64,000 bases of DNA from a virus (taxonomy: Duplodnaviria; Heunggongvirae; Uroviricota; Caudoviricetes): the IMG/VR virus record IMGVR_UViG_3300042563_002362; one strand, 5' to 3'. A model generated the notes under the pieces. The model searched no databases and was not told the origin of the DNA. It saw only the letters and a program-made list of their open reading frames with translations. The translations under genes were made by a program, and so were the position numbers. Position 1 is the first letter of the stretch; every line of letters starts with the position of its first letter. Shown piece by piece: positions 47,809-56,449 of this stretch.

Positions 47809-50358
47809 ATGATTAATGGATTTTACACGTGTGTTGATAGATTCCAGAATAGCCTAAAGTACCGAGGCTATGACGAAAACGGTTCCAAAGTATATCAGTC
47901 TTACAAATTCAGACCAGTCTTTTATCTCGAAAGCAAGAATCCAAGTAAAGCAACGTGGCGTTCGCTTGACGGGAAGGCACTTGAGCCGATGCGCTTTGAT
48001 AGCATGAGTGCAGCTCGAGAATTCTCTAAGACGTATGAAGGCATTCGCGAGTTTAAGATTTACGGCAATGACCGTCATATTCCTGCTTTCATTCAGGCTG
48101 AGTTTCCAAACAAGATTGATTATGATCGCCGCCTGATTGACATTGCATACTTGGATATTGAATGTCCAACTGGTGTTAATGGCGCTCCTGGTGGATTCCC
48201 ACATCCAGGCGAAGCGAAGCATCCAGTCACTACAATTGCGCTTAAGAGTTCTCGACTTGGTCATTACATCATTTGGGGTCTTAAGGAATATGATGTAGGC
48301 GCAAGTAGCATTCCTCACATCGCAAAGGAATACCGCGAGTTTGAGTCTGAAGCCGAAATGCTACAGGATTTTGTTGATTGGTGGTTTGATCCTGTTAACA
48401 CTCCAGATGTAATCACTGGATGGAACGTTCGTCTGTTTGACGTTCCGTATCTTGTGAACCGCATCTCTCGCGTCCATGGGTCTGACTATGCTATGAAGCT
48501 GTCTCCGTGGGGCAAGGTTGAGCAAAAGAACATTGTGATTAAAGGTAAGGAAAATGCTCTGTATGAAATCATGGGCGTTCAGCAGCTGGATTATCTTGAC
48601 CTCTTCAAGAAGTTCACTGTGAATACTTACGGTGCTCAAGAATCATATAAGCTCGACAACATTGCTGAGGTTGTGCTGAATGAACATAAGTTGGATTACA
48701 CCGACGTTGGTTCACTGACCAAGCTATATGAAACCGATCACCAAAAGTTTACGGACTACTGTATCAAGGACGTTGAACTGATTGAACGCTTCGAGGAAAA
48801 GCTCGGACTAATCAATCTTGTCTTTACTCTTGCTTACTTTGGAGGTGTCAACTACACTGACACTCTTGGAACGGTTGCTATCTGGGATAGTATCATCTTC
48901 CGCCATCTTGCTAAGAAAAAGATTGCAGTTCCGCCAAGCCGCCCAAGCGCCAAGACAAGTTACCCAGGTGGTTATGTTAAGGAAGTAACTCCAGGCGTGT
49001 ATGATTGGATTATGAGCTTCGACCTTAACAGCTTGTATCCTAACCTCATCATTCAATACAACATGTCGCCTGAAACTCTTGTGCGTCATATGCAAGTTCC
49101 AGGTATTGATCCTGATCGCATCTTGCGTGAAAAGGGTTCAATCAGTCCTGAGCCAAATCTTGCGATTGCTGCAAACGGCGCTGCATTCCGTCGTGACAAG
49201 CAGGGTTTCCTTCCAGAGATTATTGAAGAACTCTATAACCGTCGTGTTGGCATCAAGAAGGAAATGCTTGGTAAGAAACAAGAAAAGGAAAAGCTATCAA
49301 AGACTGATCCTAAACTCGAGTCAGTCGAAAAGGATATTGCCCGTCTTGACACCGAGCAAATGTGTATCAAGATTTTGATGAACTCGTGTTACGGTGCAAT
49401 CGGAAATTCCTTTTTCCGTTACTTTGATATCGCAATTGCCGAAGGTATTACACTTAGCGGTCAGCTGACAGTGCGTTGGGCCGAAGAAGCAATTAACAAG
49501 TATCTTGACAAAGTGACAGGCGTCAAAAAGGATCGTTTGGTTGCTATTGATACCGACGGTGTATATGTTGACGTATCGGACGTCATCAATAAGTTTAAGC
49601 CCGCCGATCCAATTACATTCCTGTCTGAATTTGGCGGATCACGTGGCATTGAGAACATACTGACAAACGCATATGCTGAACTGCATACCACCGTGAATGG
49701 CTACAAAAACACAATGGGTATGAAACGCGAAGTCATCGCGGACAAAGGTATTTGGATGGCTAAGAAGCGATACATTCTAAATGTTCACAACAGCGAAGGC
49801 GTTCAATATGCTGAGCCTAAGATTAAGATCATGGGTATTGAAGCTATCAAAAGCAGTACTCCAAAGGTTTGTCGCGAAGCATTCCGAGAAATGTTTAAGG
49901 TAATCATCAGCGGCGATGAAGGTAAAACTCAAAAGGCTATCAAGCAATTCAGAGAAGCATTTTGTAAAATGTCGCCTGAAGCTATCGCGACTCCTCGTGG
50001 TGTATCGGACATAATGAAATGGCGTGATAAGACTAGCATATATTCAAAAGGTACTCCGATGCATGTCCGTGCTTCGCTGATGCATAATCATATGATTAAT
50101 TCTTTGGGCTTAGAAGACAAGTATCAGCCTATTCAAAGTGGAGATAAGATAAAATACATTTCGTTGTCTTTGCCAAATCCAACAGGAGAAAACGTAATTG
50201 CTTTCACTGATAAGTTACCGTCTGAATTTGGATTGCATCGCTACATCGACTATGATCATCAGTTTAACAAGGCATTCCTTGAACCTCTTGAATTGATTCT
50301 TCATGCAATTCAATGGAGTGCTGAACCACGCGCTAGCCTTGAGGACTTTTTCGCTTAA
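47809..50358 (+). CDS. gp43: Family B DNA polymerase gp43
   Basis: Exo DIE, SFDLNSLYP, KILMNSCYG, DTDG; clamp-binding tail SLEDFF. Confidence 0.97.
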   Translation: MINGFYTCVDRFQNSLKYRGYDENGSKVYQSYKFRPVFYLESKNPSKATWRSLDGKALEPMRFDSMSAAREFSKTYEGIREFKIYGNDRHIPAFIQAEFPNKIDYDRRLIDIAYLDIECPTGVNGAPGGFPHPGEAKHPVTTIALKSSRLGHYIIWGLKEYDVGASSIPHIAKEYREFESEAEMLQDFVDWWFDPVNTPDVITGWNVRLFDVPYLVNRISRVHGSDYAMKLSPWGKVEQKNIVIKGKENALYEIMGVQQLDYLDLFKKFTVNTYGAQESYKLDNIAEVVLNEHKLDYTDVGSLTKLYETDHQKFTDYCIKDVELIERFEEKLGLINLVFTLAYFGGVNYTDTLGTVAIWDSIIFRHLAKKKIAVPPSRPSAKTSYPGGYVKEVTPGVYDWIMSFDLNSLYPNLIIQYNMSPETLVRHMQVPGIDPDRILREKGSISPEPNLAIAANGAAFRRDKQGFLPEIIEELYNRRVGIKKEMLGKKQEKEKLSKTDPKLESVEKDIARLDTEQMCIKILMNSCYGAIGNSFFRYFDIAIAEGITLSGQLTVRWAEEAINKYLDKVTGVKKDRLVAIDTDGVYVDVSDVINKFKPADPITFLSEFGGSRGIENILTNAYAELHTTVNGYKNTMGMKREVIADKGIWMAKKRYILNVHNSEGVQYAEPKIKIMGIEAIKSSTPKVCREAFREMFKVIISGDEGKTQKAIKQFREAFCKMSPEAIATPRGVSDIMKWRDKTSIYSKGTPMHVRASLMHNHMINSLGLEDKYQPIQSGDKIKYISLSLPNPTGENVIAFTDKLPSEFGLHRYIDYDHQFNKAFLEPLELILHAIQWSAEPRASLEDFFA

Positions 50359-50374
50359 TACATAACATAACACT

Positions 50375-50818
50375 ATGGAAATAACATACACAATGGACAA
50401 ACGGGTGTCGGTTGCAGCTGACATGGCTAAAATGCACGCTTACTACGAAGCAGACGAAGCAGTGCTTGGATTAGATAACGAGAAGCTAAAGTCATTCCTG
50501 GACTTCAGATTCAATTTCCTACAAGAAGAACTGAATGAAGGTCGTGATGCAATCGCTGCAGGTAACTCTGAGGAAATCGTTGATAGCCTGATCGACTTGG
50601 TTGTTGTCGCGGTTGGCACTCTTGACTTGTATGGCGTAGATTTTGATCGCGCTTGGAACGAGGTGCTACTCGCAAATATGAACAAGCGAGTTGGCGTTAA
50701 GGAAGGCAGAGAAAATCCTTATGGCTTACCCGACTTGGTAAAGGGACCAGATTGGATTCCACCGTGTCATGAAGGTAATCACGGTCTAATCGGAAAAATG
50801 TTTGAAGAACAATCATGA
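50375..50818 (+). CDS. MazG-like / PRA-PH-family nucleotide pyrophosphohydrolase
   Basis: FLQEELNE...EEIVDSLIDLVVVAVG...EVLLANMNK...PDLVK. Confidence 0.8.
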   Translation: MEITYTMDKRVSVAADMAKMHAYYEADEAVLGLDNEKLKSFLDFRFNFLQEELNEGRDAIAAGNSEEIVDSLIDLVVVAVGTLDLYGVDFDRAWNEVLLANMNKRVGVKEGRENPYGLPDLVKGPDWIPPCHEGNHGLIGKMFEEQS

Positions 50819-51750
50819 CTTATTCGTTCACTATCTTTAAAAGTATCTTTGACAACAAGACTCACCGTCGTATGGACTTTGGTTCATGGGAGGAGTTTGA
50901 AAAGCTGCTATACAAGCTTAGTGCACAACCGGGTTACAAGCCAAAGAAAGATGAGCGGCGACTAGGTTCTCCGCTCATCTCTCCAGCAATCTTTGAGGCT
51001 AATACAACTCGTAAGAATGATAATGTAAAGGCTTGGGGTGGTTGGGCTGCGCTTGATGTTGATGACTATGAAGGTGATTGGCAGGAAGCATGCAATATCT
51101 TTATGCCTTATAAGCATGTTCGGTATTCGTCTGCAAGCAGCACAATTGTAAAGCCGAAGTTCCGTGTCGTCTTACCGTTAACGCGAACAGTAAATGCAGA
51201 CGAGATTCGCCACCTTTGGTATGCGTTGAACAAGGAGTTCAATAGCTTAGGCGATCCTCAGACAAAGGATCTTAGTCGAATGTATTATGTTCCAGCTGAT
51301 TATCCTGACAGCTTTCATTTCATCGAGAGTAATCATGGCACATTCATTGATCCGTCTGAACTTATGAGCAAGCATGCCTTTGTTCGTGAGGCGAGATCGA
51401 CATTTATGGAGTCGCTACCTGAAGCAATGCGTGAACGTATCATCGAGTATCGCAAGGAAAGTCTAAATAATCGTAACTATAAGTGGAGCGGCTATCGCGA
51501 TTGCCCATTCGTAAATAAGGACATGGTGTCAAAATACTTTGCTCTACAAGGAACGGGTTGGTATCGTCAAATGTACTCAATCATGGTCAGTATTGCAGGA
51601 AAGGCTGTTCGTTGCGGATATCCGATCACTCCATCCGAAATAGCGAACCTATGCCGTGAAATTGACACGGAAAGCGGCGGATGGTACAAAAACCGCAATC
51701 TTGAGACCGAAAGTCTCCGAGCCATCGAATTTGCGGTCGGAAATATGTAA
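50815..51750 (+). CDS. Putative AEP-superfamily primase-polymerase
   Basis: ALDVDD, KFRVVLP and DPQTKDLSRMYY motifs followed by a helical C-terminal domain. Confidence 0.65.
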   Translation: MTYSFTIFKSIFDNKTHRRMDFGSWEEFEKLLYKLSAQPGYKPKKDERRLGSPLISPAIFEANTTRKNDNVKAWGGWAALDVDDYEGDWQEACNIFMPYKHVRYSSASSTIVKPKFRVVLPLTRTVNADEIRHLWYALNKEFNSLGDPQTKDLSRMYYVPADYPDSFHFIESNHGTFIDPSELMSKHAFVREARSTFMESLPEAMRERIIEYRKESLNNRNYKWSGYRDCPFVNKDMVSKYFALQGTGWYRQMYSIMVSIAGKAVRCGYPITPSEIANLCREIDTESGGWYKNRNLETESLRAIEFAVGNM

Positions 51751-51844
51751 CTTATTGAAAATCAGTGTTTTGACGATTTTTGACGAAAAAAAGTGAAAAT
51801 TTGTGAAAAAAGATATTTACATCGGGTAGGTTTCCGTTTATAAT
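51748..51844 (+). promoter_or_regulatory. Early promoter cassette: IHF-like motif, UP element, TTTACA-N17-TATAAT (51816-51844)
   Basis: Spacer tcgggtaggtttccgtt is similar to those at 38355 and 63021. Confidence 0.85.
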
Positions 51845-51871
51845 GATCTTGTAAGGAAACCACTACAATAT

Positions 51872-52057
51872 ATGACTGAAGCTGCTAAAATCGCCCGCAA
51901 GAATCTGATCGCCGAAATCGCCAAACGCCACGCCGCTGAGCGCGAGTTCGTAAAATCTGTCTCCGTCAAGGAGTCGACCGGCACCACTGCCGAACATGAC
52001 ACAATCATTGCTGAAGAATTTGAACGCCTCGAAAAGGCCAGCGTGATCCTCAGCTAA
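51872..52057 (+). CDS. Early hypothetical protein
   Basis: 61 aa, first gene after the promoter cassette. Confidence 0.7.
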   Translation: MTEAAKIARKNLIAEIAKRHAAEREFVKSVSVKESTGTTAEHDTIIAEEFERLEKASVILS

Positions 52058-52089
52058 TCCTCAATCCTCAATCATTCACTCAATACATT

Positions 52090-52245
52090 ATGTCCATTTA
52101 CATTATTGCTGCTTCCTTTATCGGCTATCTTTTTCCGGAGTTTCTTAGAATGATTGCTCCTCGGAATTACACCGTCCCTTGGCTAATGAAAGCGCAGTGC
52201 GCTTTCATTGGAGCTGCGGTTGCACATTATCTTCTTACTCACTAA
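52090..52245 (+). CDS. 51-aa membrane protein
   Basis: Manual translation MSIYIIAASFIGYLFPEF..., two hydrophobic segments. Confidence 0.55.
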   Translation: MSIYIIAASFIGYLFPEFLRMIAPRNYTVPWLMKAQCAFIGAAVAHYLLTH

Positions 52246-52332
52246 TCAATACGAGCGGCAATCATCAGCGAGCTGCGTGCTGAACTTCATGCCGCGGTCG
52301 ACAACATCGAAATCTAAAATACACACTACATT

Positions 52333-52521
52333 ATGAAAACCAAAGGATTCACCTTCATCGAACTTCTTATCACGCTTGTGATTGCCGCCATCGAACTTCT
52401 TATCACTCTTGTGATTGCCGCCATCGAACTTCTTATCACTCTTGTGATTGCCGCCATCACCCTCATTATAAAGTTCTTCCGTCCAAAAACAATCGTTCCT
52501 AACATTGAGGTTCAAAATTGA
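52333..52521 (+). CDS. Prepilin-like peptide (class III signal) with a triplicated hydrophobic segment
   Basis: MKTKG|FTFIELLITLVIAA; IELLITLVIAA occurs three times. Confidence 0.7.
   Translation: MKTKGFTFIELLITLVIAAIELLITLVIAAIELLITLVIAAITLIIKFFRPKTIVPNIEVQN
52357..52455 (+). repeat. Three tandem 33-bp repeats without spacers
   Basis: atcgaacttcttatcac(g/t)cttgtgattgccgcc at 52357, 52390 and 52423. Confidence 0.95.
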
Positions 52522-52522
52522 T

Positions 52523-52669
52523 ATGAAACGCCTTGCACAAAATTCCCTTGAGATGCGAAACCTTACCCGTCATCGCATGCCATCTCCTACGTTTTCTTTC
52601 AAAGACCGTAAGAAGGAAATGAAGCGCAAGGCTTGCCGTAAGAAAGACTATAATTATGTATCCAAGTAA
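52523..52669 (+). CDS. 48-aa highly basic peptide
   Basis: Manual translation MKRLAQNSLEMRNLTRHRMPSPTFSFKDRKKEMKRKACRKKDYNYVSK. Confidence 0.55.
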   Translation: MKRLAQNSLEMRNLTRHRMPSPTFSFKDRKKEMKRKACRKKDYNYVSK

Positions 52670-52856
52670 CCAACGACGAATGTGCAACACTCCACGTGAG
52701 GAGCTACATGAAAGCGACTACACTACGCGTATCGAACGCTCACCTTCAACTGGATCAAAAGAACGCATTACACGCTTCAAAGATGGGTCTTCAATTTGGC
52801 ATGGTGGCATGGGAGGTCCTGATATGCACTTTGACGAGTATGGCGAGGAATGTTAA
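52656..52856 (+). CDS. Hypothetical protein
   Basis: ORF track; tiles with its neighbours. Confidence 0.55.
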   Translation: MYPSNQRRMCNTPREELHESDYTTRIERSPSTGSKERITRFKDGSSIWHGGMGGPDMHFDEYGEEC

Positions 52857-52868
52857 ATAATTAAAACC

Positions 52869-53558
52869 GTGGGAATGTTCGATTACTTTCAGATTGAGGT
52901 GTCTCTCCTACCGACGGTTCCAAGCGAACTGAAAGTAGGAGAAGATGACCGCTTTACTTTTCAGACAAAAGACACATCAATGCAAGCGATGTGTGTATAC
53001 ATCCAAGAGCGCGGCCAGGCGCTGAAGCTCAAACGAACTTCAGGTGAATGGGTTCCAGGTGAACCTGCCGATGAAAACGCTGACTTCTTTAGCAGTCTTT
53101 CATCTCTTGGATCATATGTCGTAAAGGAAACGTGGTATGAGGACCAGGATATCAATAACGTCATCACATTTTACACCGATTTGGCACACTGTGACAGTGA
53201 TGGAACTGATAGGTACGTCTCTGGGTGGATTGAATATAATGCGGTGTATCGCAACGGTATTCCTGTTTGGATAACGGTTTCCGATTATACCAAACCAACA
53301 ATTCTTAGTGATGATCAGCTACATGAACGTGAAGAATTGTTTCAAGCCTCGAAACGTGATGCACTGGAAAGGATGATTGATCGTAGGATGAATGCGCCTA
53401 CGGCTCAAGAGCATATTATTGATTTAATTGATCAGCTTGCAAGCAACAAACTTTCATTATATGATGAAACGGATTTAGCTAAAGCGCTAAATGATATAAC
53501 AGCAATAATTAAAGAATATAGGAACAAACATGATCCACACTACAAACAACAAAGATGA
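52869..53558 (+). CDS. Phage hypothetical protein
   Basis: MGMFD...FQTKD N-terminal pattern seen in phage hypothetical proteins. Confidence 0.65.
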   Translation: MGMFDYFQIEVSLLPTVPSELKVGEDDRFTFQTKDTSMQAMCVYIQERGQALKLKRTSGEWVPGEPADENADFFSSLSSLGSYVVKETWYEDQDINNVITFYTDLAHCDSDGTDRYVSGWIEYNAVYRNGIPVWITVSDYTKPTILSDDQLHEREELFQASKRDALERMIDRRMNAPTAQEHIIDLIDQLASNKLSLYDETDLAKALNDITAIIKEYRNKHDPHYKQQR

Positions 53559-53706
53559 AGGTCTCTATGAATTTAGAGGCAAACAATTTACATGTGACGC
53601 CGATACAATTCGACGTTTGAACTATGCATTAGCATTAAATGATAGCGATGAAAGATATGTCACTGTTGGCAATTTAATCAAAGAAAACGATGGCGGCGAC
53701 AAATGA
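53530..53706 (+). CDS. 58-aa hypothetical protein
   Basis: Manual translation MIHTTNNKDEGLYEFRGKQF... Confidence 0.5.
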   Translation: MIHTTNNKDEGLYEFRGKQFTCDADTIRRLNYALALNDSDERYVTVGNLIKENDGGDK

Positions 53707-53971
53707 CATTACCGGTGACGTGATCAAAAGCGGAATTTATACAACCAATGGACGATTCAATTATGATTTGATCTTTGCTAAAAAAACAGCACAGGAATGG
53801 ATTGATTTTCATCCCGATTACCGCGGAGCACAAATCATAGATGCAGACGGTTGGCGCAACGGCGATGGGATTACTCTTGAGTCGAAAATTTCTTTCAATG
53901 ATTTTAAGATTCGCTTTAATCATGCTACCGTTTGCACTAACCTAATCAAAAAGAATGACTCCAAAGTATAA
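53690..53971 (+). CDS. Hypothetical protein
   Basis: ORF track; contains IIDADGW. Confidence 0.6.
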   Translation: MAATNDITGDVIKSGIYTTNGRFNYDLIFAKKTAQEWIDFHPDYRGAQIIDADGWRNGDGITLESKISFNDFKIRFNHATVCTNLIKKNDSKV

Positions 53972-54239
53972 CATCATCATCAGCGAAGGCTGTACTGCTT
54001 TCTACACTGACGTGAATGGAAAGACTGTTGGCGGGAGCTATGAACCAACACGATTGACGGACGAAGAAGAAAACGAATTGGTTGACTATCTTCTAATTAA
54101 AGTTAAGGAAGGTATCACAGACGGCGAGATTGATCTTAACGCATTGATTGGTCTTTTTCAATATGATGACTATGAGACAGACGACACGTCATGTGAAACA
54201 TGTGGAGATTCCGTAAGCCGAACAATTTACAACATATGA
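53955..54239 (+). CDS. Hypothetical protein with a C-terminal CxxC
   Basis: CETCGD motif. Confidence 0.6.
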   Translation: MTPKYNIIISEGCTAFYTDVNGKTVGGSYEPTRLTDEEENELVDYLLIKVKEGITDGEIDLNALIGLFQYDDYETDDTSCETCGDSVSRTIYNI

Positions 54240-54631
54240 GTTACAATTTATTTCTCGATGATGTCCGCATGCCTAAAGATGGATACCTATATGATCAAAA
54301 GGTAGATCTATGTCAAGCAAGCAACATTCACAACTGGGTAATTGTCCGCGACTATGATGAATTTACATCTATGATTCGTAATGGTGGTATTCCAACAGTT
54401 GTCTCGTTTGACCATGATCTTCATTTTGAACATATGCGACATTACTATGATGTAACGTCAGTTTGCGGAGTTGTTGAATACGGCAACTTGAAGTATAAGA
54501 CTGGACTGGCATGCGCGCAATACTTGATTGATGCATGCCGTGAAAAAGATGTCCCACTTCCACGCTGCTATGTTCATAGCGCAAATGAATGGGGTCGAGA
54601 AAACATTAAGAAACTACTTGGGATAGTTTGA
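54236..54631 (+). CDS. Cyclic-phosphate-processing receiver-like domain protein
   Basis: LFLDDVRMP, VRDYDEF, VSFDHDL, KTGLACAQYL, VHSAN. Confidence 0.75.
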   Translation: MSYNLFLDDVRMPKDGYLYDQKVDLCQASNIHNWVIVRDYDEFTSMIRNGGIPTVVSFDHDLHFEHMRHYYDVTSVCGVVEYGNLKYKTGLACAQYLIDACREKDVPLPRCYVHSANEWGRENIKKLLGIV

Positions 54632-54641
54632 TGCTTTCTTG

Positions 54642-54669
54642 TTTACATTTGTGTATAAGTATTTATAAT
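54642..54669 (+). promoter_or_regulatory. Early promoter TTTACA-N16-TATAAT
   Basis: 8 nt from the -10 box to ATG 54678. Confidence 0.7.
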
Positions 54670-54677
54670 ATACTCGA

Positions 54678-55076
54678 ATGACTGACATTTACTACACCTA
54701 TGCTTCTAAGCAAGAACTCCTTGACATTGGAGTAAAAGAGGATACAATCTTTGAAGACATCAGCGAATTGTCTGAAATGTGTGATCATAAAGATGCTCCA
54801 AAATTGAATCAAGCTGAACTCACTGTAGAACAGTGTATGAAATTGATTCCCGAAGGAGAATACTGCTATGCTGTGAACATTTTGGAAGATGGGTTTGTAG
54901 CAAGACCACATTGTCCCTTTTGGGATAAAATGCTTGAGTTCCCAAAACAAAACAATGGATACTGTCACTACCGAAAACAAGGAGACTGGCAAATGGGTAG
55001 TGTTGGACTACTATGGGATCAGTGTAAGTGCTGTGGTATTAATGAAACCCGTGAAGAAGATTTGATTCTTGAATAA
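54678..55076 (+). CDS. Cys-rich hypothetical protein
   Basis: IPEGEYCY, CPFW, GYCHY, LLWDQCKCCG. Confidence 0.65.
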   Translation: MTDIYYTYASKQELLDIGVKEDTIFEDISELSEMCDHKDAPKLNQAELTVEQCMKLIPEGEYCYAVNILEDGFVARPHCPFWDKMLEFPKQNNGYCHYRKQGDWQMGSVGLLWDQCKCCGINETREEDLILE

Positions 55077-55191
55077 TATGAATATATTTTTAATTTTATG
55101 GCAGATATGGGCTGATGTTTAAATTGTGGATTGCTATTATACTAAACGCTATTGCTTTTCTTGCTCAACTATATGTTAACCTTTTTTAATT

Positions 55192-55332
55192 ATGTACGGT
55201 GGTCCTAATTTTTCAGAAAAGACAGAAAATAGATTAACCATTCTTGCTGCTGTTTTATTTGTTCTTGTATTCGGAGGGGGGATAATGAGCATAATAGGCT
55301 GGACAGTTTATCACATAATCACACACATTTAA
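55192..55332 (+). CDS. 46-aa membrane peptide
   Basis: Manual translation with one long hydrophobic segment; TAATG overlap with the next ORF. Confidence 0.5.
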   Translation: MYGGPNFSEKTENRLTILAAVLFVLVFGGGIMSIIGWTVYHIITHI

Positions 55333-55469
55333 TGTCTAACCTGCCAACTCAAAGCAATGGCTTTTGTCATTACCTTAAGTGCGGTGACTTCACATCCCCT
55401 GGAACCGATCTGCTTTGGGATAGTTGTAAACACTGTGGAGTAAACGATAACGACGAAGATTATGAATAA
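55332..55469 (+). CDS. 45-aa truncated paralogue of the 54678 protein
   Basis: QSNGFCHYLKCGD...LLWDSCKHCGVND versus QNNGYCHYRKQGD...LLWDQCKCCGINE. Confidence 0.6.
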   Translation: MSNLPTQSNGFCHYLKCGDFTSPGTDLLWDSCKHCGVNDNDEDYE

Positions 55470-55626
55470 TAACCTAACACCATTTTCTATCCGCGGCCAG
55501 GTCATCTATGACAACATGAAGAAGTTTGCGTCTCAACTACCTCCAGGTCGTTCACGTCGAATTGCATTCAGTGAATTTTGTAAAGGTATTCGGCAAGGAA
55601 CCTCAGAACGTAGTTGTGGTATGTAA
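55462..55626 (+). CDS. 54-aa hypothetical protein
   Basis: Manual translation MNNNLTPFSIRGQVIYDNMKK... Confidence 0.45.
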   Translation: MNNNLTPFSIRGQVIYDNMKKFASQLPPGRSRRIAFSEFCKGIRQGTSERSCGM

Positions 55627-55693
55627 AACACACACACACATGTTGATTAAAAATTATTGAAGAGTTGACAAAGCAAACAATTAAGGTAAACTG

Positions 55694-56083
55694 ATGAGAA
55701 ATCCAAAATTTAGAGTGTGGGACAAATTAGACCAACGTATGATTTGTCCAGATGTAGGATATCAAGGTCATTATGCTTTAAGTCTCGATGGTCATTTTCA
55801 TAATCTCCAAAATGGTAGTGGAGGTAAAGAATATATCATTCAACAATTCACTGGTCTGAAAGATAAGAACGGTAAGAAAATCTGTGAAGGTGATATTATC
55901 CAACTAGAAGGATCACCTATCTCCTATTCTATTGAGTGGGACAAGTATCAATGGGCTATCAATGCTCATGGAGCATTGGGATACGATCCTGACTGGAATA
56001 TTCAGCCGTTTAATCATTGTGTTTATGAACGAGCGATTGTTGTTGGAAATATCTTTGAGAACCCTGAACTCCTACGCACATGA
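55694..56083 (+). CDS. YopX-family protein
   Basis: KFRVWDK, QFTGLKDKNGKKICEGDII, VVGNIFENPELL. Confidence 0.9.
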   Translation: MRNPKFRVWDKLDQRMICPDVGYQGHYALSLDGHFHNLQNGSGGKEYIIQQFTGLKDKNGKKICEGDIIQLEGSPISYSIEWDKYQWAINAHGALGYDPDWNIQPFNHCVYERAIVVGNIFENPELLRT

Positions 56084-56448
56084 AAGACATCGTTCCTATC
56101 CTAACTTTCCCATCTCGCTTCGCTGAAACACCAGAATCTTTTATTCGTAGAGAATGGAGCGCTGACCAATCATGCCCTACGTTTTGGGAAAGTTTCTTAA
56201 AGGATAATGAAGTTGCAGCTGACTTCGAATTCTTTACAGATGAGCTTGTGGTTAAGCATTGGTTTTATTGCGGTTCATCATGCCCAGATACAAACATATA
56301 TTCGGACAAAGCAGACTTTATGAAGGAAATCCAATCTGGTTATGCTGGTGACATTTTTGAAATTTGGATCTTATCTGACAATCCAAAGTACTATACGTTC
56401 AAGTGTCCAGACGCGGATGGTAACTCACCCGGACGAGGATCATACTAA
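56080..56448 (+). CDS. Hypothetical protein
   Basis: ORF track; ATGA overlap with the upstream gene. Confidence 0.6.
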   Translation: MKDIVPILTFPSRFAETPESFIRREWSADQSCPTFWESFLKDNEVAADFEFFTDELVVKHWFYCGSSCPDTNIYSDKADFMKEIQSGYAGDIFEIWILSDNPKYYTFKCPDADGNSPGRGSY

Positions 56449-56449
56449 G

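Noticed and set aside
22141-50358. Introns, inteins or homing endonucleases in gp17, gp20, gp23, uvsW or gp43
   Set aside because: All are uninterrupted and of normal length; no HNH, GIY-YIG, LAGLIDADG or intein motifs were seen.
52246-52317. Short coding-like stretch IRAAIISELRAELHAAVDNIEI*
   Set aside because: It has no credible start codon. It may be a gene remnant but is too short to support.
52357-52455. 33-bp repeats as a CRISPR mini-array
   Set aside because: The copies are directly adjacent with no spacers, and they lie in frame within a coding sequence.
55665-55692. TTGACA-N16-TAAACT promoter before yopX
   Set aside because: The -10 ends 1 nt before the ATG, so the TSS would fall inside the gene, and it departs from the phage TTTACA pattern.
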